DNA from: Candidatus Bathyarchaeia archaeon
Lineage (GTDB): Archaea; Thermoproteota; Bathyarchaeia; Bathyarchaeales; Bathycorpusculaceae
DNA: 15,912 nt
Assembly (NCBI GenBank): GCA_038882655.1
Contig: JAVZNT010000020.1
Coordinates: 1 to 15,912 of the forward strand
Direction of reading: 5' to 3'
Position 1 is the stretch's first letter, and each line of letters opens with the position of its first letter. Of the stretch, positions 7,894 through 15,460 are shown piece after piece. Both the position numbers and the translations under genes were made by a program. Below the pieces are notes generated by a model that was not told where the DNA came from, made no database searches, and saw only the letters and a list, made by a program, of their open reading frames with translations.

Positions 7894-9258
7894 TTATCCA
7901 GCAAAGTCGTTTATTAAAGTGGCAATAAACTTTGTCCCGGTAATGAAACTTTCAATTTTCAAGTTTTCGTTAGGTGCATGAGTATTAGATTCTGGATGAC
8001 CGCAACCAGCAGAAACAACCGGATAACCCAACAAGTTTCGAAACAAGTACATTGGACCGGAGCCAGCGCTAATCGGATAAATAATCGCCTTCTTGCCGTA
8101 AACCTTCTCAGCTGTTTTTACCACTAATCCAACAAACGGATTATTAATGGGCGTTTTGGCGGGCTCTGTTGAGCCGTGCCGCACTATTTCTAAGTCCTCA
8201 AACCCATGCTCCTTAAGGTGACGAGACAATTTGTCGAAAATTTCATCTGGCTTCTGGTTTGGAACAAGTCTGAAATCCAATTTAGCCATGGCTTCACAGG
8301 GCAAAACTGTTTTGGAGCCCTTTCCTGTGTATCCAGCGAGTAAGCCGTTGATGGTGCACGTAGGCTGATAAAGCAAAGCCCTTAAAGCCTCAAAGCCGCT
8401 AGTGCCTTTCAAAAACTGTTTTAAGCCAAGCTCCTCTTTCAGCTCCTTCTCCTCAAATGGGATTCGCCTTAAACACTCAATCTCTGTAGCGGATGAAGGC
8501 ATAACATTCTCATAAAAGCCATCTATGAGGATTTTCTCATCTTCGTCTTTTAAAGTGTTTAAAGCCCAGATAAGGCGCCACGCAGGGTTAGGTATTAATG
8601 GAGCATTTGCGGAGTGGACGTCCTTATTGGCAACTTTAGCCCTCAACTCCACTGATAAAACACCCTTCAGCCCCAAATAGAGTTGGGGTCTGCCCTTACG
8701 GTCTGTTCCGCCAAACTCCCATATGGCGGCATCCGCCCCAAGAATATGCCTATACGCCCTAACGATTGGCTCTAGGTTTGGACTTCCAATCTCCTCTTCG
8801 CCTTCTACGAAGAACTTTATGTTAACCGGCACATCACCAGCAGTTTCCAAGAAAGCTTGAACAGCCATAAGCCTCGAGACAAAATTCCCCTTATTGTCTG
8901 TGACGCCCCTTCCATAGATTTTTCCATCCACAATTTTGCCGCCGAAGGGCTCGTAATTCCACTTTTCAATGGGTTCTGGAGGCTGAACATCATAATGGTT
9001 ATAAAAAAGCAGCGTTTTCCCAGAGCTTTTAGACTTGGCCTCGCCATAAACTACGGGATTCCCCTTTTCACTCACTAAGATTTTTGTTGAAAGTCCAGTC
9101 TTCCGCATCATCTTCTCAACAAGCTTTGCACATTCGGCTATTCCCTCACCTTTTGCTGATACGCTTGGTTGTCGAACAAGTCGCACAAGGTCTTGGACAA
9201 AGGCTTCAGCGTGCCCATCAATGTAGTTGTAAACCTTCTCCAAACTCACGTCTTCCAC
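7894..9258 (-). CDS. M20/M25/M40 family metallopeptidase (ArgE/DapE-like dipeptidase group)
   Basis: 454 aa. Motifs YNHYDVQP, GRGVTDNKG, EGEEEIGS, DVHS and THAPNEN. Confidence 0.93.
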   Translation of the reverse strand: MEDVSLEKVYNYIDGHAEAFVQDLVRLVRQPSVSAKGEGIAECAKLVEKMMRKTGLSTKILVSEKGNPVVYGEAKSKSSGKTLLFYNHYDVQPPEPIEKWNYEPFGGKIVDGKIYGRGVTDNKGNFVSRLMAVQAFLETAGDVPVNIKFFVEGEEEIGSPNLEPIVRAYRHILGADAAIWEFGGTDRKGRPQLYLGLKGVLSVELRAKVANKDVHSANAPLIPNPAWRLIWALNTLKDEDEKILIDGFYENVMPSSATEIECLRRIPFEEKELKEELGLKQFLKGTSGFEALRALLYQPTCTINGLLAGYTGKGSKTVLPCEAMAKLDFRLVPNQKPDEIFDKLSRHLKEHGFEDLEIVRHGSTEPAKTPINNPFVGLVVKTAEKVYGKKAIIYPISAGSGPMYLFRNLLGYPVVSAGCGHPESNTHAPNENLKIESFITGTKFIATLINDFAG

Positions 9259-9264
9259 CCCTTT

Positions 9265-9666
9265 TTAAGCTGTTTTTGGTGCAAGCCAGTCAATCAACTG
9301 TCGCGGGTCGTCACATTTAATTTGAACCTTTATCGGTCCAAGCGGTGACTCGGCAACAGCCTTTGAAAAGGAAACATGCCCAGCAAAAGCCACCTGTTTG
9401 TTCAAATAGAAAGTTACCGTCTTTTCGCTTAGCCCTTCAAATAGGGCTCCCCGCGCGGCATCACGGATACGCTCCCTTCGCAATAGATTGTAGAGCTTTG
9501 TTAGGGATTCCAGTCCCTTTACGTCTGCCATTAGCAAGCTTCCCTTTTGGAGGGGCTTTATTTGGACTGGTATGCCGCCGAAAATGTTCTCCACAGCCCT
9601 CCTCACCTTTTCTTCCGATTCTGTTGGGTTTATTTCTACTTCCACATGGACTTCTACTTCATCCAT
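9265..9666 (-). CDS. UPF0201/DUF54 putative RNA-binding protein
   Basis: 133 aa. Motifs INPTESEEKV..AVENIF, ERIRDAAR, LNKQVAFAG and SPLGPI. Overlaps the end of the UPF0200 gene. Confidence 0.88.
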   Translation of the reverse strand: MDEVEVHVEVEINPTESEEKVRRAVENIFGGIPVQIKPLQKGSLLMADVKGLESLTKLYNLLRRERIRDAARGALFEGLSEKTVTFYLNKQVAFAGHVSFSKAVAESPLGPIKVQIKCDDPRQLIDWLAPKTA

Positions 9667-10220
9667 TTCTCCTCAACCCTTTTCAAAACTTTTGCAGCTT
9701 GTTTTTTGGCTGCTTCTAGGCTTTCCTCATTAACTATCATATACTCAGCGATGGCTATAGCATTTCCTAACCCAACGCTGAGCTCCCGCATGTCCCGCTC
9801 ACAGAAGATTTCCCAGTTTCTGGGGTCGTCGCTCCTCCGCCTATGAAAAAGCCGCTTAAACCTTGTTTCAGGCGATGAATGAACCGCGATTAATATGAAC
9901 TTTGGAAAATGCCGCTTAAACTCTTCAACCTCAGCAAGGCTTCTTATGCCATCCACAACGACTTTACTTTCGGTTTTCCTCAATATTTTTGAAACGCAAC
10001 GCCTCGCTATTACAGCTTCCCCCTCCAAGCGCCTCAACTCCAGCATTATGCGCCCAAGATTTTCAGGAGTTGGCTCTAAACCTCTCCGCCTGGCTTCCTC
10101 TCGAACCTCATCACCCATTACAACGACGCCATAACCGTTAGCCCTCGCAACATTAACAACAACGGATTTCCCGGCACCGGGCATGCCAGCCAAGCCGACA
10201 ACTAACTTTTTAACAGTCAT
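9654..10220 (-). CDS. UPF0200 P-loop kinase (dephospho-CoA kinase-like, nucleoside monophosphate kinase fold)
   Basis: Walker A GMPGAGKS, plus MGDEVR, VDGIRS, RRRSDD and RDMRELSVGLG. ATG at 10220 is preferred over TTG at 10238. Confidence 0.88.
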   Translation of the reverse strand: MTVKKLVVGLAGMPGAGKSVVVNVARANGYGVVVMGDEVREEARRRGLEPTPENLGRIMLELRRLEGEAVIARRCVSKILRKTESKVVVDGIRSLAEVEEFKRHFPKFILIAVHSSPETRFKRLFHRRRSDDPRNWEIFCERDMRELSVGLGNAIAIAEYMIVNEESLEAAKKQAAKVLKRVEEKWMK

Positions 10221-10249
10221 TCCAAGCCTTCCTTTCAACGCGCTTATAT

Positions 10250-10314
10250 GTGTATCATTTAGGGAATAGCCTTCTAAACGTTAAAAGCATTTATGATGGT
10301 ACAGTGTATCATTT
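10250..10314. repeat. Exact 11-bp direct repeat GTGTATCATTT in a divergent promoter region
   Basis: Copies at 10250-10260 and 10304-10314. Confidence 0.7.
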
Positions 10315-10335
10315 TATTTGAAGGATTGGAACGCC

Positions 10336-10914
10336 ATGCCTGAAGCCATAAGAAGCTTCATAGCCTTTGACATTGAAAGCGCCAATGTTCTGGAAAAGAT
10401 AACGCAGATGCAGAAGGGGTTAGCTGGGACTGGTGCGGATTTGAAGCTTGTTGAGCCTAAAAACATTCATATAACTGTGCGTTTTTTGGGGAACATAACC
10501 CCCAACATGGTTGACAAAATTTTTGAGGGAATGCAGAAAGTTCAGTTTGTGCCTTTCGACGTTAAAATTCAAGGGGTTGGCGCATTTCCGGATTTGCGTT
10601 ATCCTAGGGTTGTTTGGGCTGGAATTAGGGAAGGCGCGAACCAGTTGCGGGGCATCTTCAGCCAGCTTGAGCCTTATCTCAGCGGTTTGGGTTTCGCTCC
10701 AGACCCTAAAGGTTTTAGTCCCCACTTGACAATTGCCCGCGTTAAGAGTGGACGGAATAAGGCTGCGCTTGCAAAATTCTTGATGGAAAATGTGAACTAC
10801 GAGTTTGGGGTTGTCCGCGCAGAATGCTTAAGGCTTAAGAGGAGCGACTTGACGCCTAAAGGTCCCATATATTCCACTCTTAGAGAGTACTGTCCCAAAC
10901 AAAACCGCCAATGA
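10336..10914 (+). CDS. thpR: RNA 2',3'-cyclic phosphodiesterase (2H phosphoesterase, '2'-5' RNA ligase')
   Basis: Motifs RSFIAFD, two HxT motifs (HIT, HLT), FP...PRVVWAG and S.LTPKGPIY. ATG at 10336 is preferred. Confidence 0.95.
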   Translation: MPEAIRSFIAFDIESANVLEKITQMQKGLAGTGADLKLVEPKNIHITVRFLGNITPNMVDKIFEGMQKVQFVPFDVKIQGVGAFPDLRYPRVVWAGIREGANQLRGIFSQLEPYLSGLGFAPDPKGFSPHLTIARVKSGRNKAALAKFLMENVNYEFGVVRAECLRLKRSDLTPKGPIYSTLREYCPKQNRQ

Positions 10915-10927
10915 AAAAGGGCTGTTT

Positions 10928-12358
10928 ATGTCTGCCGAGCTGGAAAAGGTCTGCAAAGTTGTTCTTGAAAGGGTTACGCCCACAAGGGAGAAACGCGAAA
11001 AAATAGAGGCTTTGGCAAAGGAGTTAGAAGCGAGGGTGGCTTCTGCCGCAGCAGATTTTGGCGTCAAGGCAACCGTGCGCTTGGAAGGCTCTGTTGCCAA
11101 GGACACTTGGCTGAGCGAAGAGCCCGAAATAGATGTTTTTATGCGTTTGCCAATAAGCATACCCCGCAAATCCCTCGGCGAAGTAGCCTTAAAAATAGCT
11201 AGGCGGGCGACCGAAGGCGCACGGCAAGTGGAGCGCTTCGCCGAACACCCCTACTTAGAAGCTTTCATCGACGACATTCGGGTTAACATAGTGCCATGCT
11301 ATGACGCCAAGCCCGGAGAGTGGTTGAGCGCCACAGACCGCACGCCATACCACACGGACTATGTGAAAAAACGCTTAACCAGCCAAATGCGAGGCGAGGT
11401 TCGCCTACTCAAAAGGTTTATGAAAGGTGTGGGTGTTTACGGCGCCGAAATTAAGGTTGGAGGCTTCAGCGGATACCTATGCGAACTCTTAATCATAAAT
11501 TATGGAGATTTCGCCAACACATTGAAGGCTTTTGCACAGCGTAAAAGGCGCATAATCGTGGACATAGAAAACCATTATAAAGGAAGAGAGGACGAGTTGC
11601 CACTCTTGTTCAGCGAACTTCTAATGATAGTAGACCCTGTTGACAAGGGGAGAAACGTGGCTTCAGCTGTGCAGCCTCAAAAGCTTTACACCTTTGTGGT
11701 GGCAGCCAGAGCCTTCCTAGAAAAGCCAAGCCTAAAATTCTTCTACCCGCCAGAAACAACGCCACTAACAACAAAGGAGTTTAAAGCAAAAATGAGCACA
11801 CGGGGCTCCACAACGCTTTTCGTGGTTTTCGGGAAAGTTGAGGCAGTTCCAGACGTCCTGTGGGGTCAGCTTTACAAGTCTCAGCGTTCACTGGCAAAGC
11901 TCCTTGAGCTAAATGATTTTGGCTTATTGCGATGCGTAGCATGGAGCAACGAGAAAAACCTAAACACCTTCATATTTGAACTTGAAAGCCGCTACCTACC
12001 ACCAGTAAAGAAGCACCTTGGACCACCAATAGAGAAAGAAAGCGAATGCAAAAACTTTCTTACAAAATATGCGAGTAGTGCTGGAACAATTGCGGGGCCC
12101 TACATTGAGGATGGAAGATGGATAGTTCAGGTTAGGAGGAAGTACACAGACGCAGCTGCCCTCCTCTATGAAAGGCTGAGGGACGGTGGGAGAAGCGCTG
12201 GAGTAGCCAAAAAGATAGCGCAAATGCTCCAGCATGGATTCAAAATTTTAATTAACGAGGAAATAGCTGAAGTCTACGAAAAAGACAGCGAATTCGCGAA
12301 ATTCCTTACAGAGTTTCTGTCCGGCAAACCGAGGTGGCTAGAGAATTCGCAAGTATAA
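10928..12358 (+). CDS. cca: CCA-adding enzyme (class I tRNA nucleotidyltransferase)
   Basis: 476 aa. Motifs GSVAKDTWL...EIDVF, AEHPY, SATDRTPYHT, GVYGAEIKVGGFSGYLCELL, DPVD..RNVA and HLGPP. Confidence 0.97.
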   Translation: MSAELEKVCKVVLERVTPTREKREKIEALAKELEARVASAAADFGVKATVRLEGSVAKDTWLSEEPEIDVFMRLPISIPRKSLGEVALKIARRATEGARQVERFAEHPYLEAFIDDIRVNIVPCYDAKPGEWLSATDRTPYHTDYVKKRLTSQMRGEVRLLKRFMKGVGVYGAEIKVGGFSGYLCELLIINYGDFANTLKAFAQRKRRIIVDIENHYKGREDELPLLFSELLMIVDPVDKGRNVASAVQPQKLYTFVVAARAFLEKPSLKFFYPPETTPLTTKEFKAKMSTRGSTTLFVVFGKVEAVPDVLWGQLYKSQRSLAKLLELNDFGLLRCVAWSNEKNLNTFIFELESRYLPPVKKHLGPPIEKESECKNFLTKYASSAGTIAGPYIEDGRWIVQVRRKYTDAAALLYERLRDGGRSAGVAKKIAQMLQHGFKILINEEIAEVYEKDSEFAKFLTEFLSGKPRWLENSQV

Positions 12359-13138
12359 AGCGGCTACCAAGAAGGCGCCTAAAGCCCAACAATAAAAGGC
12401 GAAAATGTGAATTTTCCCCCTTGCAATTGCCTTCCAAAGAAGTTTTAGGGCAAGGTAGCCAACAACCATAGCCACAACCACGCCAACAGCAGTTTCGGCA
12501 AAACCAAAACTTGAAGCAGCTAAAATTTTAAATTGCTCATAGAAGGTTAGTGCTAAAGCACCTATTATGGCTGGAACCGACAACAAGAAGGAGAATTTAA
12601 ATGCTTTTTTCCTTTTCACCCCGAGCAGAAGCGCCACAGTAATTGTTAAGCCGCTTCTGGAAAGCCCAGGAACCACAGCTATGCCTTGGGCAACACCAAT
12701 CAAAAAGGCTTGTGGAAAACCAATTTCATTTGCCTTTTCCCTTCCAAATCTTGCCAAACAAAGCACCACACCGCATGCGATAAAGGCTAATGCGATGGCC
12801 AAAATTTCATGAAAAACTTCTTCTAGAAAGAGGTGGAAAAACAATCCAATTATCATAGTTGGTATTGCCCCAAAAATTATGAGTGGTATAAATTTTCCAT
12901 AATCCGACTTGAAATCTAAGCGCTTAAGTGCCACTAGGATTTTTTGGATGTCACTTTTAAAGAAGGCCACCACAACGGCTAACGTTCCAACATGAAGAAC
13001 AACATCAAAAAGCACTGGAACTGTTAGGTTTAAAGCCCTTTCAGCAAGCCTCAAGTGTCCAGTGCTCGATATGGGAAGCCATTCTGTTAAACCTTGAATA
13101 ATGCCTAGAATAATTGCCCTTAACAGTTGCATGTCCAA
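12338..13138 (-). CDS. uppP: Undecaprenyl/polyprenyl-diphosphate phosphatase (BacA family)
   Basis: 266 aa, hydrophobic. Motifs QGLTEWLPISSTGH, PGLSRSG and FSFLLSVP. The start may be the ATG at 13132. Confidence 0.93.
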   Translation of the reverse strand: MDMQLLRAIILGIIQGLTEWLPISSTGHLRLAERALNLTVPVLFDVVLHVGTLAVVVAFFKSDIQKILVALKRLDFKSDYGKFIPLIIFGAIPTMIIGLFFHLFLEEVFHEILAIALAFIACGVVLCLARFGREKANEIGFPQAFLIGVAQGIAVVPGLSRSGLTITVALLLGVKRKKAFKFSFLLSVPAIIGALALTFYEQFKILAASSFGFAETAVGVVVAMVVGYLALKLLWKAIARGKIHIFAFYCWALGAFLVAALYLRIL

Positions 13139-13241
13139 TAGGGGTTTCGCCTTCCGTCAAGATTATGCCTACTATTTCCCCGGTTAACTTTAAAAGATTA
13201 TTCAGCCTAAAGCTTAAGAAAACGCGGCAATGGTGAAAAGC

Positions 13242-13793
13242 ATGAGCGAATATCCATTTGGAAGCCTTGAAGACCGTGAAATGTTGGTTAAAATTCCCGT
13301 GGAAAAGCTTTTGGATTATTTCTTTTTGCAGATTAGGAATTTGTGGCGGGTTGACGGCTTATATTTCCTCGGAATAGAGAAGAAGTTTGGAACTGAAGCA
13401 GCAACAGAAATCGATGCTGGTGTTTGGGAGGCTATGGCGGCTATCGAAGCAAAAAGCCTTCAAAGAATGTTTAGCATAGGCGAAAACCCAGATTTGCCAA
13501 CAATTATGGGGCTTTTGCGTTTGACAAGTTGGGCTTTGGACCAACCCTTCAAAACCGTTGATATTTCTGCTGAAAAAGCCGTTTTAAGCATAAACCGTTG
13601 CAGAACACAGGAGGCTAGGCTAGGCAAGGGTTTAGGCGAGTTTCCATGCAAACATGTCCGTTTTGGCTATTTGAAGAATTTTGCAAAGACGTTAAACCCA
13701 AATGTTGAGGTTAACTGCCTTGTCTGTCCGCCCGATAAGCACCCGCGAAACGTGTGGTGCAGTTGGGAGTTCAAAATGCCACAAAAAGGATAA
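13242..13793 (+). CDS. DUF6125-like protein (V4R/ATC-hydrolase-like, Cys-rich)
   Basis: Motifs W.VDGLYFL, CRTQEAR...G..EFPCK and CLVCPPD.HP...WCSW. The start is 13230 or 13242, and GGTGA lies upstream of the latter. Confidence 0.7.
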   Translation: MSEYPFGSLEDREMLVKIPVEKLLDYFFLQIRNLWRVDGLYFLGIEKKFGTEAATEIDAGVWEAMAAIEAKSLQRMFSIGENPDLPTIMGLLRLTSWALDQPFKTVDISAEKAVLSINRCRTQEARLGKGLGEFPCKHVRFGYLKNFAKTLNPNVEVNCLVCPPDKHPRNVWCSWEFKMPQKG

Positions 13794-13846
13794 TCATGAT
13801 AAAAAGAATTGGGAATTAGAACGGGGTAAAATTGTAAGCTTGCCTA

Positions 13847-13987
13847 CTAGTACCTTCGCCTTTGATTTCTTCTCTTCATCCAGCACTCTCGACAGTAAAC
13901 TGGTCTGCTTGGGTCTGGAACGAAGGGAACTTCGCACTCTTGACCGCAATCAGAACAGACTGCCTTGTGCATCTCTTTACCAGACAT
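13847..13987 (-). CDS. CxxC-x17-CxxC domain small protein (putative zinc finger), 46 aa
   Basis: Manual translation MSGKEMHKAVCSDCGQECEVPFVPDPSRPVYCRECWMKRRNQRRRY*, with exactly 17 residues between the CxxC pairs. RBS GGAGTTGA at 14004-13997. Too short for the ORF track. Confidence 0.93.
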   Translation of the reverse strand: MSGKEMHKAVCSDCGQECEVPFVPDPSRPVYCRECWMKRRNQRRRY

Positions 13988-14018
13988 TTCGCCTACTCAA
14001 CTCCTTCTACTTTATTTT

Positions 14019-14053
14019 GTGCAAAAGCCGCCCTTAGAAAAGCAGTTTTGCAC
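14019..14053 (-). other. Stem-loop in the predicted 5' leader of the zinc-finger gene
   Basis: Minus strand GUGCAAAA-CUGCUUU-UCUA-AGGGCGG-C-UUUUGCAC forms an 8-bp perfect stem plus a 7-bp stem with three G-U pairs. Confidence 0.65.
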
Positions 14054-14078
14054 GACCACCATATAGGCTATGAAGCTC

Positions 14079-14086
14079 CATATAAG
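14079..14086 (-). promoter_or_regulatory. Candidate TATA box of the zinc-finger gene
   Basis: Minus strand GGCAAACT-CTTATATG, about 25 nt upstream of the hairpin. Confidence 0.5.
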
Positions 14087-14134
14087 AGTTTGCCAAAGAA
14101 AACCATAAAAGCATATAGAGAAAAACTCAAAACG

Positions 14135-15217
14135 TTAACCGGTGGTGTCAAGGGTTTTCTGCTTTTCCGCTGATATGAAGTTTGAGACTCTTACGCCTAT
14201 TAGCCGTATTTTCCGTTCTGGTTTTAAGTAGTCCTGTATGAGTTCTTTGGCTGTTTTTTGTATGTCTTGTAGGCGTTTTGTTATGAAGGGTAATGTCTTG
14301 CTGTGGGTGTGAGTTTCGAAGTTTTCGTAGCGAACCCGCACCGTCACCGTCTTAAAATACAACTGTTGCCTCATGAGGTCGTTGTGGACCTCTTCCGCAA
14401 GCCTTTCCAAAGTGTTGAACACGAGGTTGAAGTCCGATGTGTCCTCCTCGAAGGTTATGTCCCGGCTTATAGACTTTATTTGGCGCTGCCCTTCCACCTC
14501 GCTTTTGTCTATACCATGTGCCATCAAATAAAGCTGGGTTCCCACCACTCCGAAGTCTTCCGTCAGCACTGTTGGGTCATAGCGGGCTAAATCCCCAATA
14601 GTTTTTATTCCCATGGCTCGCAGCTTCTGCTCTGTTTTACGTCCAACCCACAAAAGCTTGCGAACCGGCAGCGGAGCAAGAAACTTTTCAGCTTCATCAT
14701 CTCTGACAACTGTTAAGCCGTCTGGTTTCTGGTAGTCGCTGGCTATTTTGGCTACAAGCTTGTTGGGTCCAATCCCAATCGAGCATGTAAGCCCTTCCTT
14801 TTCTAGGATTTCCCTTTTTATTTGGCGGGCTAGGGCTTCTGCTTCAGCGTAGTCCTTAACCCTTGAAGTTACATCCAAAAAGGCTTCGTCTATCCCCCAG
14901 CTTTCAAACTTGTCAGCGTATTTACGTAGGATAGCCATAATCCTCTCTGAAACTTTTGTGTAAAGCTTATAGTTTACCGGTAGGTAGATGGCGTGGGGAC
15001 AGAGTTTCCAAGCCCTTGAGATGGGCATGCCGGATCTTACGCCGTACTTGCGGGCTTCATAGTTGCATGTGCTAACAACGCCCCGTCCCTTTCCTTCTTT
15101 TGGATCCGCACCCACAATAACTGGCTTTCCACGGTATTCTGGATGCTCCCGCTCCTCTATGGCTGTGAAGAAGTGATCCATGTCAACGTGAAGGATTATG
15201 CGCCTTTTCTCAGCCAT
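14135..15217 (-). CDS. dinB: DNA polymerase IV (Y family, DinB/Dbh/Dpo4)
   Basis: 360 aa. Motifs LHVDMDHFF, CNYEARKYGVRSGMP, GIDEAFLD, AKIASDYQKPDG and IRLIGVRVS. Confidence 0.96.
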   Translation of the reverse strand: MAEKRRIILHVDMDHFFTAIEEREHPEYRGKPVIVGADPKEGKGRGVVSTCNYEARKYGVRSGMPISRAWKLCPHAIYLPVNYKLYTKVSERIMAILRKYADKFESWGIDEAFLDVTSRVKDYAEAEALARQIKREILEKEGLTCSIGIGPNKLVAKIASDYQKPDGLTVVRDDEAEKFLAPLPVRKLLWVGRKTEQKLRAMGIKTIGDLARYDPTVLTEDFGVVGTQLYLMAHGIDKSEVEGQRQIKSISRDITFEEDTSDFNLVFNTLERLAEEVHNDLMRQQLYFKTVTVRVRYENFETHTHSKTLPFITKRLQDIQKTAKELIQDYLKPERKIRLIGVRVSNFISAEKQKTLDTTG

Positions 15218-15460
15218 AAACCCAACTTTTCCAAAGCCTCTTTTAAGTGGTTAAACGGCTTTCATAAAATTTGAACTTTTTCTCCCTAATCACTTCTCCG
15301 ATAAATGTGTGGCAAACGCATCAAACTTTTTCACAAGTTAATTTTATTCTACGTGTAAATTTTCTGATCAACAAGATTTTGATTTAACTTTTTGCTTAAA
15401 AAAATTAAAATATACATTAAATCCGATGTAGATGACGATCGAAAAGGAGAGGAGGTACTG

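Noticed and set aside
11084-11143. CCA enzyme has EID rather than DxD at the catalytic site
   Set aside because: ExD occurs in active class I enzymes such as Archaeoglobus fulgidus CCA, so it is not evidence of inactivation.
13702-14173. Plus-strand ORFs 13702-14037 and 13862-14173
   Set aside because: No motifs. They overlap DUF6125 or dinB and lie antisense to the well-supported zinc-finger gene.
140-14590. Remaining short overlapping ORFs in the six-frame track
   Set aside because: Shadow or alternate-frame ORFs within clearly identified genes, with no motifs or initiation signals noticed.
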